Below are positions 22,497 through 35,082 of a DNA stretch of 64,000 nucleotides, piece by piece. The stretch covers positions 3,038,001-3,102,000 of the forward strand of contig NC_043023.1 in NCBI RefSeq assembly GCF_006345805.1. The letters run 5' to 3'. How positions within the stretch are numbered: the stretch's first letter is position 1; every line of letters starts with the position of its first letter. Made by a program: the position numbers and the translations under genes. Below the pieces are notes generated by a model. That model was given only the letters and a program-made list of their open reading frames with translations, was not told where the DNA came from and made no database searches. The stretch is from Octopus sinensis. Taxonomy: Eukaryota.

Positions 22497-23977
22497 ATAG
22501 AGAGAGAGAGAGAGAGAGCAAAAGAGAGAGAGATGGTATGGGAGGGAGATAAAGATATAAAGAGAGGGAGAGAGATAAAGAGAAGGAGGGAGAGAAAGAG
22601 AGAGATAAAGAGGAGGAGGGAGATAAAGAGATTAAGGGAAGGAGGGAGAGAAAGGGATAAAGAGGGAGATAGAGAGTTAAAGAGAAAGAGAGAGATAAAG
22701 AGGAGGGAGAGAAAGGGATAAAGAGAAGGAGGGAGAAATAGAAAGAGAGATATAAAGAGAAGGAGGGAGAGAAAGAGAGAGATAAGAGGAGGGAGAGAAA
22801 GAGATAAAGAGGGAGATAAAGAGAAGGAAAGAGTAAGCGATTGAGAAAGATAGAGAGGCACAGACAGACAACCAGAGTGAGGATGATAGAGAGGGAAGGA
22901 GATTGAGGGGGAGAGAGTGAGTGAGAGGTAAGAACGATAGAGAGATTGAGTGAAGGAGAGGGAGGGAGGCAGTGCAGGAGAGTGTGTGTGAGAGACAGAG
23001 AGACAGTAAGAGGGTGAGGAGGAAGAGAGGATGAGATTGAGAGAGGTGAGTGTGGCAATGGTGGTGGAGGAGTGTCTGGTGGTGGTGGTGGAGGTAATGG
23101 AGGTGATGGAGGCTCTTCTCTTGGTTGAGGATAGAGTGAAGTGATGGGGGAGTCTATGAAAATGGTGGTGTCATAGTGTTGGAGGTGGACATGACTGGTG
23201 AAATGTCTGGTGGTGGAGGTCATTGGAGGGCTGGAGGTTATTTAAGCAGTGGAGGTGGGCACGATAGGGAAGTTCCTGATGGTGGTGGTGGTGGTGGAGG
23301 CTACTGGAGTAGAAGGGTATTGTTGTGGTGGAGGTGGGCGTGGCATTGGTGGCTTGTATGGTGGTCGTGGTGGAGGCTATGGAAGGCATGGAGGAGGTGG
23401 AAGTGGACAAGGCATTGGTGGCTGTGGAGAGTGTAGTAGTAGTGGTGGTGTGTTAGTGGAGAAAGTGACATTGGTGGTGGAGGAGGTAATGGAGGTGATG
23501 GAGGCTCTTCTCTTGGTTGAGGATAGAGTGAAGTGATGGAGGAGTCTATGGAAATGGTGGAGTCATAGTGTTGGAGGTGGACATGACTGTGGTGAAATGT
23601 CTGGTGGTGGAGGTCATTGGAGGACTGGAGGACTGGTGATGGCAGTTGGTTAGTTTAGGTGGTGATGATGTTGGTGAGGCAGATGATTTCATAGAGATGG
23701 AGAGAGAAGGAGGAGGAGAAAGTCAGTCAAGGAAGGGGAGGGAGGAAAGGTGGCAGGATAAGGGTATGGATGAGAGAGAGGAAGGCTGGTGGGTGGAAGG
23801 AAGAGAGTAGTGATGGAGTATAGAGAGGGAGGGAGGAAGGGAGATGGATATAGAGGAAAAGAGAGAGGGAGAAAAAGCAGGGAGTTATGGAGGTAGGAGG
23901 AAGGAAGTAGAGGGGAAGAGAGAAAGGGAGAGAGATTGAGAGGGAGGGTGATAAAGAAAGGGAAAGTGTGTGATTGG

Positions 23978-24008
<31 letters not shown>

Positions 24009-24200
24009 TAATAGAGAGGAGATAGAGCACAGGAGAGAGTAAGTGTGAGAGAGACAGATAGGGAGTGATAGGGAGAGAGGAAGAGAGAATGAGAGAAAGG
24101 GAGAGGATGAAATGAAGAAAGGGAAGGAAGGAAGGCAAGGAAAAGAAACAAGGCAGACAGCTTGGAGAGACAAAGAGAAAAAGAGGGGAAATAAAAGGAT
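22497..24200. repeat. (GA)-rich, (GGT/GGA)-rich and (GA)-rich low-complexity block
   Basis: Direct sequence; includes a ~145-bp direct duplication at about 23089-23233 and 23481-23628. Confidence 0.9.
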
Positions 24201-24454
24201 TAGGAATGTGCTGTAGCATGGCCGTACATTCACATGGAATTATTAAATATTGGTTTAAAATTTTTGTACGAGGCAACCCAGTGTTCATTTCGTACTTATT
24301 TTATTGACCCCTGAAAGGGTTAAAGGCAAAGTCGACTGCGGGTGAATTTGACCTCAGAACATGAAGACAAATGAAATACCGCTAACCATTTTGTTTAATA
24401 TGCTAACAATCCTGCCAGCTCACTACCTTAATAATAATAATAATAATAATAATA

Positions 24455-24870
24455 GTTGTTTGACCTTAACCAGTTGATTATATCCCTTAGTGGCTGACGA
24501 TATGTGCATCTCTGATCACAAGCAGAAGTAGTGGGGGAGCATCATAGCCATGTGTTGAGAGGAATTCTTTGGGGTTTGAATAATTCACCTCTGGAAACAT
24601 GGGTGTTTCGTACAACATCCTTAAACAACCCTTATTCAGGGACCTTTTGAGCGGGATGGGCTACTCAACCAGAAGAAAATTCTAACTGGGCCCCACCTGC
24701 AAGGTCATACGCTGTTTATTTTAATATGAGATCACCATGTCGCGCACATATGGTTGTGATGCATGTGCCTGGTGTACCCTTATGAGACGGGTAGTCATGA
24801 TGGGTATACTGGGCTTCGTATATTTTACCCCAGTGTCACTTTGATGGCATGCACTGCTCTCTCACTCAGT
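24455..24870 (+). mobile_element. Non-coding repeat ending in (AAT)n, probably the 3' UTR of a TAA-targeting (Dong/R4-like) retroelement
   Basis: Same sequence at 42610-43165 (-) and 63680-64000 (-); every visible 3' end abuts (AAT)n. An upstream part also occurs at 25086-25246 (-). Confidence 0.6.
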
Positions 24871-25249
24871 TATGATAATAATAACTATAATAATATGGTT
24901 AAAGAATAAAAAGTTTTGAATGGAAGAAGGAATTTTATTCCAAAATATCATCAGACTATGTATGGTTAAATTACAATAGGTATATAACCCATTGCCTGTA
25001 TTATAGTGCATTGTTGTACCATTCAAAACTTTTTATTCTTTACAAACAATACACAATGCTTCAAGGGAACTACAATACTCTCCAATAGGATGGAGGTCAA
25101 ACAACTGACAAGCAAATCTGTGGTATTGAGCAGAATATTTACTGTAGCCCATCTTTTATACCAAAGACAAAACAATGTACATGATAACACTTCCAATTAT
25201 TTAAGAAGCCACGAGAGCCACTGCCTGGTACTGCATCAGGGCATTTAGT

Positions 25250-25435
25250 TAAGTTAATTTTTTGGCTCAAAAAGCAAAAAGCAAGGCCATGTAGGGGGAC
25301 ATGGAGTTATGTACAGGGAGGGTGTTCATGCAAAGAGTTCAGGCCATTTCTGGCCAAGAGAGACTTTGAACTGAGCAGTCGTCGGCATCTTCACTATCTC
25401 GTCCGGTAGCTTATTCCACAGATCCGCAGGATTTA
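25250..25435 (-). mobile_element. CR1-type LINE 3' end
   Basis: Minus strand translates ADLWNKLPDEIVKMPTTAQFKVSLGQKWPELFA*, the CR1 WNxLP...FK terminal motif. Confidence 0.7.
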
Positions 25436-25938
25436 TTATTGTTCTTAGCTGCAAGTTAATTATTATTGTTATTAGCTGCAAGTTAATTACATCAACCCCC
25501 AATGCTCAACTGGTGTTTATTTTATTGACCCAAAAGGTTAAAAGTCAAAGTCAACACTGGCAGAATTTGAACTCAGAACATAAAGCCAGAATAATCTTAC
25601 ATATTAAAACTGAAAATGTCCGTGTGTGTGTGTATCACTATGTCCTCATTTTCTGCCAAATATGAGTGGATTTCATACCCGGAAACTAAATGAAGCCTGT
25701 CGTATATATGTGTCTGTGTGTCTTGTGTTTGTCCCCCCACCATTGCTTGACAACTGATGTTGCTGTGTTTACATTCCCATAACTTAGCAGTTTGGTAAAA
25801 GACACTGACAGAATGAGTACTAGGCTTACAAAGACTAAATCTTGCGGTTGATTTCATCAACCAACGGTGGTGCTCCAGCATGGCCGCAGTCACATGACTG
25901 AAACAAGTAAAACAATAAAAAACCTATGCCATTTTAAT

Positions 25939-25966
25939 CTCGAGCAAGGCCGGGTATCTCTGCTAG
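25939..25966 (+). mobile_element. Isolated Helitron 3' terminus
   Basis: CTCGAGCAAGGCCGGG hairpin remnant, 8-nt spacer, CTAG followed by T; matches the end of the 55013 element. Confidence 0.55.
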
Positions 25967-26699
25967 TAAGAATAATGACTAAATGAAGATGATGACTAAT
26001 ATGGTGGTGGTGGTGGTGGTGGCGGTGGCGGTGGTAATGATGTTGATCATGATGCGGACATTGATGATGGTGTTGTTGTTGGTGATGGTGATGGTGCTGG
26101 TGGTGATGGTAATGATATATTACAATATTAATAATTAGTAAATGACAATAAAGATTAATATTAACGAAGATAATAATAATAATAATAAATAGTGATGATA
26201 ATAATAATGCTAATGATAATGAGAGTCGTTCTTTTTAATGAGTGATTTTTTTTTTTTTTCTGTTTCAAAGACTCAAATTTTAATATCAATCAAAATATAA
26301 TCATAAAAACAAATTACAAAACAAAACTAGAAAAAAAAACAGATATATAAAAATTTTAAAAAACCGTCTTTTGGAAAAAAAAATTCTTCGTTTTCTTCTT
26401 AAAAGAGTTATTTTCATTCTTCCTTCCTTTCTTTCTTTTCTTTCCTTCTTTTTTCTGTTCTTTTCCATTTTTCTATCTTTCTTTTTTTCTCTGTTTCTTT
26501 GTGTCTCGTTCTTTCTTTCTCTCTTCCTTTCCTTCCTCTTTTCTTTTCTTTCTTTCTTTCTTGCTAATTCCAAGAAGATTGCAAAAACTTCTCTCTTCAA
26601 GTAAAAGAACAGGCGTTGGTGCATTCAACACTGATGGTGCCGTGTGCTTATAAGTGTGCATATATGTGCATATATGCTTACAAATGCGCAATATCTATG

Positions 26700-26779
26700 C
26701 ATGGATATGAACGTACATTTTATATACACACACACATATATGTATATTTGTATATGTATATATATATATGTGTGTGTGG

Positions 26780-26825
<46 letters not shown>

Positions 26826-27149
26826 CATACATACATATACATATATATATATATATATATAGCTATATATATAGATACATATACATATGTATATCTACGA
26901 ATATATACATATGTATGTATTTGTCTGTATGTATATATGTAAATATGTGTGTGTGTATATATATATATGTATATATATATATCTTATATATATATATATA
27001 CATACATACATATACATAATATATATATATATATAGCTATATATATAGATACATAACATATGTATATATAGAATATATACATATGTATGTATTTGTGTAT
27101 GTATATATATGTAAATATGTGTGTGTGTGTAATATATATACATATAAAT

Positions 27150-27184
<35 letters not shown>

Positions 27185-27887
27185 TAGATAGATTGATAGA
27201 TAGATAGATAGATAGATACATACACACATATATATACTTGCAAATTTACATATGTAGATGGTTATGTATATGGTGTATATGCAATATATACACATGCGTG
27301 TATATATATATATATTGCATACTTATATATATATATATGTATATATATATATGTATATATATATATGTATATATATGTATATATATATATGTATATATGT
27401 GTGTATATATATATGTGTGTGTATATATATATATGTATATATATTGTGTGTGACATCAGTTTCTTTTCCAAAACACAAGACAACAACAACAATAAGAAGA
27501 ACATAACTATTAATAAAAGACCTCTTCAGATGCGACATATATCTCAGTCCATGTATCCATCTACGAGTCTTTATATCTATACGTCTATATATGTGTGTGT
27601 GTGTCTGTCTGTTCGTCTCCGTCTTAGAACTTCTGTTTCTTCTCATTTCCTGTTGCGATATCCAAATTTAATGGACGCTTCATTTGGACTAATTCATTTG
27701 ATGAAAGTTGCCCTCTACGTCCGACATCTGCATTGATGGCCCCGCAGTGTAAACCGATTCCATTAATCATAGAGGTTGGTCTTTTTATGGAATGTCTTTG
27801 GTGACAGTACACACCAAGAAAGAAAAACAGGTGATATATATATATATGTGTGTATGTATATATATGTATGTATGTATATGTCTTCAC

Positions 27888-27918
<31 letters not shown>

Positions 27919-27986
27919 TATATGTATAATATATATGTATGTATATGTCTTCATATATATATATATGTATATTATATATATATATC

Positions 27987-28035
<49 letters not shown>

Positions 28036-28140
28036 CATGCATATATATATATATGTAGGTGTATGTATATAAATGTACATACAAGATTGTATGTATGCTT
28101 GTATACATGTACATTATATGTCTATACAATTGTATATGTG

Positions 28141-28180
<40 letters not shown>

Positions 28181-28542
28181 TATATTTTATATGAAGTGTA
28201 CAGTATTATGTATCCGTCACACATACGTATACTATATATGTATATACCTACATATATTGATACATGTACGTACAAATACGTATGTTCACACACACAGATC
28301 TATATATGAATATCTATCTATATACATTTATGTGTGTGTGTGTGTGTGTGTGATAGTTGTATGGATAAATTTAAAGAATTCTGTATACAATATATATGCA
28401 TGTGCATAAAATTATGTAGATGTATCTGTGTGCGTATGTGTATAAATACATACATACATACATATATATATATAGATATATATTTATACACACACATACA
28501 TGCTTACACACATATACATAAATATCTATGCATGTATATTCG

Positions 28543-28576
<34 letters not shown>

Positions 28577-28640
28577 AGTATATGTGTATGTGTATATATA
28601 ATATATACACACACACTCCCCAACATATATATATATATAT

Positions 28641-28696
<56 letters not shown>

Positions 28697-28750
28697 TATA
28701 TATACATATATATATATATATATACATACATATATATGTATATATATATA

Positions 28751-28785
<35 letters not shown>

Positions 28786-29275
28786 TATGTATATATATAT
28801 ATATATACACATATATATACATACATATATACACACATGAAGATGCATTAGAATTTCCACAGTTCTCATCAGTTGTCAGTTCCCAAAACAAGTTCACCTG
28901 GCCGGCTTCAATAATGAAAGTACAAGATGGTAATTATTCCGAATTCCTAGCTAATTGGTTGTATTCATCAAGAAGAATTAACCAAGGCATCACAGCCACT
29001 TAAATCAACGAAGTATCGAGTTAAATGGAGTGGATGAGATAAAGAACCGAATCCATTACGAAACCAAAGACGGCGCTGATAAAATATGTCGGCGAGTTCT
29101 TGTCAATTAGATTATGAGGTAGGTTTTTCATCCAGGTTTAAACTGGTTTTTGACTGGTTTTTACTGGTTTGATGTGGGGTTTTTTTGGCTTTTATTTTTT
29201 TTATGTATGTTTTATGTGTGACTTATGGAATTTGAAGTTCTATGTGGATCGGGTTTTTTTCATGTGTGTATATGT

Positions 29276-29316
<41 letters not shown>

Positions 29317-29510
29317 TTTATACACAAACACATACATGCATAGACACATATACATAAATATCTATGCATGTATATTCGTATATATATATATATGTGTGTG
29401 TGTGTGTAAGTATATGTGTATGTGTATATATATATATATTTACATATATATATACACACACATATATATCTATATCTATACATACATACACATATATATG
29501 TACATATATA
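26700..29510. repeat. Extended (TA)n/(TG)n/(TAGA)n microsatellite region with two unique islands
   Basis: Direct sequence; islands at about 27620-27830 and 28850-29170. Confidence 0.9.
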
Positions 29511-29644
29511 TACATGGTAATGGTTTGTTTTTAGGAAGGTTTTGGATTTTTTTTTTTTCTTTCGAGAATGGAAATAGAAATAAAAAATTTTGATAGGTTA
29601 AGAAGTATTTTCTTATGCTTCTTGAAGAAGCTGTGTGTGTATAT

Positions 29645-30069
29645 GTGTAAGCATGCCGGGTGAAATACTTACCGGTATTTCATCTGTCGTTACGTTGTGA
29701 GTTCAAATTCCGCCAAGGTCGACTTTGCCTTTCATCCTTTCGGGGTCAATAAATTAAGTACCAGTTACGCACTGGGGTAGATGTAATCGACTTAATACCT
29801 ATGTCTGTCCTTGTTTGTCCCCTCTGTGTTTAACCCCTTGTGGGTAGTAAAGAAATAGGTATTTCATCTGCCATTACATTCTGAGTTCAAATTCCGCCAA
29901 GGTCAACTTTGCCTTTCATCCTTTCGGGGTTGAGTAAATAAGTACCTGTTACACACTGGGGTTGATTAAAAAGTACCAGTCACTCACTGGGTTTGATGTA
30001 ATCAACTTAATCCCTTTGTCTGTCCTTGTTTGTCCCCTCTATGTTTAGCCCCCTGTGGGCAATAAAGAA

Positions 30070-30070
<1 letters not shown>
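29645..30070 (+). mobile_element. SINE family 2, tandem double
   Basis: Core and tail present twice in tandem. Confidence 0.82.
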
Positions 30071-30104
<34 letters not shown>

Positions 30105-30105
<1 letters not shown>

Positions 30106-30565
30106 ATTCTCTTCTTTTACTTTTTACAGTCATTTGACTGTGGCCATGCTGGAGCACCACGTTTAGTTGAAGAAGTCAACCCCAGGACTTATTCTTTGTA
30201 AGTCTAGTTGTTATTTTATCGGTCTTTTCTGCTGTACAGCTAAGTTTTGGGGTCATGAACACACCTACATCAATTGTCAAGCAATGGTGTAGAGACAAAC
30301 ACTGACACATACACACATAAATAAATATATATATATATATACATATATATATACATATATATATATATGATGGGCTTCTTACAGTACATATATATATATA
30401 TACATATATACGACAGGCTTCTTTTCAGTTTCCATCTACCAAATCCACTCACACGGCTTTGGTTGTCCCGAGGCTATAGTAGAAGACACTTGCCGAAGGT
30501 GCCAAACAGTAGGACTGAAACCGAAACCATGTTGTTCGTAAGCAAGCTACTTACCACACAGCCAT
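30105..30565 (-). mobile_element. SINE family 1, diverged
   Basis: Reverse copy with head, microsatellite and tail. Confidence 0.82.
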
Positions 30566-30837
30566 TCCTGCACCTATGCCACTGTGCCAGTGTAACAAAT
30601 TCATGATTCATTATAAGAACGAAGAGAAGGCTGCAATTCGTTAGGAGATCACTAATTTCTATCAAATTTCAATCAATTATATACATGAAGTTTAATGTGA
30701 CAGTGAATCAGAGATATGACTGAAGAGCAATATTAATTAATTATTAAGGTGGTCATTCATTAAGGTGATTATAATATTAGTCGTTACAATATACAAATCA
30801 TATACAATTTTGTCAAGTTGTTTGTGTGGACAGAGTT

Positions 30838-31232
30838 TACTCTTTTACTTGTTTCAGTCCTTTGACTGTGGCCAAGCTGGAGCACTGCCTTTAGTTGAGC
30901 AAATCGACCCTGGGATTTATTCTTTGTAAGCCCAGTGCTTATTCTATCGGTCTCTTTTGCCGAACCGCTAAGTGACAGGGACGTAAACACACCAGCATCG
31001 GTTGTCAAGCAATGCTAGGGGGACAAACACAGACACAAACACACACATACATATATATATACATATATACTATGGGCTTCTTTCAGTTTCCGTCTACCAA
31101 ATCCACTCACAAGGCATTGGTCGGCCTGGGGCTATAGCAGAAGACACTTGCCCAAGATGCCACGCAGTGGGACTGAACCCGGAACCATGTGGTTGGTAGA
31201 CGAGCTACTAACCACACAGCCACTCCTGCGCC
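30838..31232 (-). mobile_element. SINE family 1
   Basis: Full reverse copy. Confidence 0.9.
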
Positions 31233-31344
31233 TCATCGTGATATTTTAAAGTTTATCTCTACAGCTTCGATGAAAATCTTTGGACCTTCCTTGCACTTCA
31301 GGAAATTTCTGCTAGCAACCTGTGATCTGCACACCAACAGGGTC

Positions 31345-31800
31345 ATCATCATCATCATCATCATTTAGCGTCCGTTTTCCATGCTAGCATGGGTTGGACG
31401 GTTCAACTGGGGTCTGGGAAGCCAGGGGCTGCACCAGTCCCAGTCTTGATCTGACAATGTTTCTACAGCTGGATGTCCTTCCTAACTCCAACCACTCCGA
31501 GAGTGTAGTGGGTGCTTTTTACGTGCCAGGCGAGGCTGGCAAACAGCCATGATCAGATGGTGTTTTTCACGTGCCACCGGCAATGGGGGCCAGACGGGGC
31601 TGGCAAATGTCCACGATCAGATGGTGCTTTTTACGTACCACCAGCACAGGTGTCAGATGGGGCTGGCAAACGGCCATGATCGGATGGTGCTTTTTACATG
31701 ACACCGGCACGAGGCCAGTCGAGGCGACGTTGGCAACAGCCTCATTCGGATAGTTCTCTTACGTACCACCGGCACTGGTATCGCAGCTGCAATTTCCATG
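31345..31800 (-). mobile_element. RTE 3' UTR with five ~64-bp modules
   Basis: (ATC)n tail at about 31345-31365; GGTGCTTTTTACGTGCC-like module at about 31511, 31559, 31623, 31686 and 31751. Confidence 0.82.
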
Positions 31801-31919
31801 TTACTAATAACAATCAAAGGGAGACAATCCCTTGTTGTTTACACAGTAACAAAGTCTTTTCCTCTACTTTCTAGAGAGGCCATAAACCAACAAATTTTAT
31901 CAATAGGCCAATTTAATAA

Positions 31920-32260
31920 CAATTGCAGCGTGGAAGGTGTTTATAAGCCATTTAAGAAACACACAAAAGCCGTTCGATTCACTTCAACATTTAAGTTTAA
32001 TTTGTCAAAATATTTTCGTCACTAAAATCCGCGACCTGTTCACTGACAAAAATCCGTGCTGCATCTCTTGATTTTTGTCAGTGAACTGGTCGCGGATTTT
32101 AGCGACGAAAATATTTTGACAAATTAGACTTAAATGTTGAAGTGAATCGAACAGCTTTTGTGTATTTCTTAAATGGCTTATAAACACCTTCCACGCTGCA
32201 ATTGTTTTCGTTTCAGCACACGATCTCAGATCAAATCACTTGCTATGCGAGTACATCTCC
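31920..32260. mobile_element. 341-bp foldback insertion with 12-bp target-site duplication and an HHR motif in each arm
   Basis: Arms 31918-32054 and 32070-32206 (137 bp, 5 mismatches, 15-nt loop); CCAATTTAATAA at 31908-31919 and 32261-32272. Confidence 0.85.
32004..32047 (-). ncRNA. Minimal hammerhead motif, G3-C8 core variant
   Basis: GTCA|GTGAACA|G|GTCGC-GGATTTTA-GTGAC|GAAAA-TA-TTT|TGAC; mirror copy at 32077-32120 (+) has A9U. Confidence 0.55.
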
Positions 32261-32444
32261 CCAATTTAATAAGCCTATCAGCAATGTACTTATAATGACT
32301 ACTGGAAACAGCTGTAAGGATGTAAGCCGAATTTGCTCCAATAAAGGAAAAATATGTAATGACAATTATGCTGCACTTGTTTTCTCTGTGTGTGGGTGTG
32401 TCTGTGCGTGCATGAACACATCAGGCTTCCACTCAATTTCATCA

Positions 32445-32595
32445 TCATCGTCATCATCATCATCATTGTCATCGTTTAATGTCCGCTTTCCATGCTGGCA
32501 TGGGTTGGACGGTTTGACTGAGGGCTGGCGAACCAGATGGCTGCACCAGGCTCTAATCTTGATCCAGCTGTGTTTCTACAGCTGGATGCCCTTCT
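32445..32595 (-). mobile_element. RTE 3' UTR fragment
   Basis: (ATC)n tail plus TTTAATGTCCGCTTTCCATGCTGGCATGGGTTGGACGG. Confidence 0.8.
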
Positions 32596-33239
32596 GTCTC
32601 CCAAATTCCTTTCCAAGGCACTGATCAGCCTGAGGCTAAAGAGGAAGATGCTTGCTCAAGATGCCCCACAGTGGGACTGAACCCAAGGCCGTGTGATTGC
32701 AATGCAAAACATCTTAACCACACACCCATATCTGCACTTATAATTCTCAGAGGCCATAGTAGAAGACCCTTGCTCAAGATGCCATGGAGTGGGATTGAAC
32801 CTGAAACCCTGTGGTTGGGAAATAGAGTGTCTTAGCCACACAGCTATACCTGCATGTTTAATATTTCTCCAATTCTTACAGTAAGTTCCAGTGTGTTTAT
32901 GTCCCCTTAACTTAGCAGTTCAGCAAAACCAACTGATGGAATAAATACTACACCTACAAAGAATAAGGCCTTGGGTTGATTTGTTCAACTAAAGGCAGTG
33001 CTCCAGCATGGCTGCAGTCAAATGACTGAAACAGATAAAAGAAAAGAAAAGAATATATATTTATACACAACAGGCTTCTTTTAGTTTCCATCTGCCAAAT
33101 CCACTCTCAAGGGTTTGACTAGTCTGAGGCCATAGTAGAAGACCCTTGACCAAGATGCCATGGATTGGGATTGAACCCAAAACCCTGTGGTTGGGAAATA
33201 AAGTGTCTTAGCCACACAGCTAGACCTGCATGTATAACA

Positions 33240-33745
33240 TTTCTCCGATTCTTACAGTAAGTTCCACAAATCGGTTACAGTAAATTTCAGCAAATTCTTC
33301 ACCACTTTGGATCATTTGACAGAGGAATTTTTCTTATTTTCTCTACATTTGTTATCTCCATGGAGAATTTCGGTGATTCCGTCTGCCACTGGCTGCTCAA
33401 TTTCTTCACCAATCGTTATCTATGGTTTCTTAGATTCTCTAATTACATATCAGGCTTCTTATGGTGCTCTGAGATATTTTCTGGAACCAGTAAATTGTTA
33501 AAAAAAGGAAAAATTCTATTTCTCTTTTCTCTTTTCAAAGATTTTGGAAATCTTTGAACAAAAAATAAAGAATGATAAAGAATTTCCTTTAAAGGACGCT
33601 TGTCTGGAACCAAGACAGCTTAATTTAGTAAGTTTCATAATTTCATCTGATGTTCGTTACAAATTAAGCGCAGACTCGTTGGCGCTCTTTATACCTAACC
33701 GGTGAAATTAAATCTATTTTGTCAAAAAAATTTCTGGTACTTCCA
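33240..33745 (-). pseudogene. Decayed hAT (Buster/Charlie-type) transposase N-terminal region
   Basis: Frame-hopping minus-strand translation SDEIMKLTKLS...SFKGNSLSFF...KYLRAP*EA*YVIRESKKP*ITIGEEIEQPVADGITEILHGD...EKIRKIPLSND matches the family pattern SNESMKPSKL...LRASYEVA..IAKxKKPHTIGEELIKP...IPLSNDTV. Confidence 0.7.
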
Positions 33746-33889
33746 GGTTTTTAGTGAGAGACATTTTTGGTTTTATGTCTTCTCCAAGATTTTCTGGTTT
33801 GTCTCTTGCTGTATCAGGGTTTGCAGGAGTTATCTGCTACAGCAGCATTGTTCTTTACCGAAGATAATGGTTAGTAAAACAGGTTTAGT

Positions 33890-34445
33890 GGAGGTGCGTG
33901 GCTTAGTGGTTAGGGTGTCAGCATCATGATCATAAGATTGTGGTTTCGATTCCTGGACCGGGCGACACATTGTGTTCTTGATCAAAACACTTCATTTCAC
34001 GTTGCTCCAGTCCACTCAGCTGGCAAAAATGAGTAGCGCTGCGATGGACTGGCGTCCCATACAGCTGGGGAACACATACGCCATAGAAACCGGGAAACTG
34101 GGCCCATGAGCCTGGCGAGGCTTTAAAAGGGTGCATTTATTAGGAGGTGTAATGGCCCAGTGGTTAGGGCAGTGGACTTGCAGTCGGAGGATCGCGATTT
34201 CAATTCCAAGACCGGGCGTTGTGTGTGTTTATTGAGTGAAAACACCTAAAAGCTCCACGAGTCTCCTACACGGGGTTATGGTGAACCCTGTTGTACTCTT
34301 TCGCCACAACTTTCTCTCACTCCCTCTTCCTGTTTCTTGACTAACGCTGCGATGGACTGGTGTCCTGTCCAGCTGGGATAAACACATATGCCACAGAAAC
34401 TGGGAAACCAGGCCCATGAACTGTCTAGGCTTTAAAAAGGGCGAT
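33890..34445 (+). mobile_element. SINE family 3 copy followed directly by a SINE family 4 copy sharing the same tail
   Basis: Two tRNA heads (33890, 34143); both end in GCTGCGATGGACTGG...GGCTTTAAAAGGG. Confidence 0.8.
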
Positions 34446-35082
34446 GACCTTAAAACAGGTTTAAAGGAAGCAAATGCCAAGGCGCTTGAACAAGTAAAAA
34501 CTCAGTGGTTCAGCAAAAGAGAGTGACAGAATAAATACCAGACTTTAAAGATGAGTACCAGATTCAATTTATTAACTAAAACCCTTCAGCGCAGTGCCCC
34601 AGCATGGCCACAGTCTAGAGACTGAAACATGTAAAAGAGATATGTATCTATGTATGTGATTGTTTAGTTTTATTTCAAGATTTCTTGCCAATAGAGAAAG
34701 GACTGGTTTCTAACCTAGATCTAAGGCTCCTACATTGGAATTTCAACATCAACACCATGTATTTTTATATGCATGTATGTGCAGATTTGTATGTTTTATG
34801 TATGTATTCTCATGCATATAGTTACATATCTAGACATACTCGTATATATTTAAATGATAAACTTCTGGAAAGTTTTACAGATTTTTACAGTTCCAATGAT
34901 GGATTGGATCTGTAGTCTACGAATCAGCTTTCTCCTTTCTGGTTTTGAGAAGCCTAATTTCTAAAGATTGATATTGTGGTAGTGTGTTATATATCCTATG
35001 TATGTATGTATGTATGTATGTGTGTGTGTGTGTTGTGTGTGTGTGTATGTATGTATGTATGTATGCATGCATGCATGTATAC

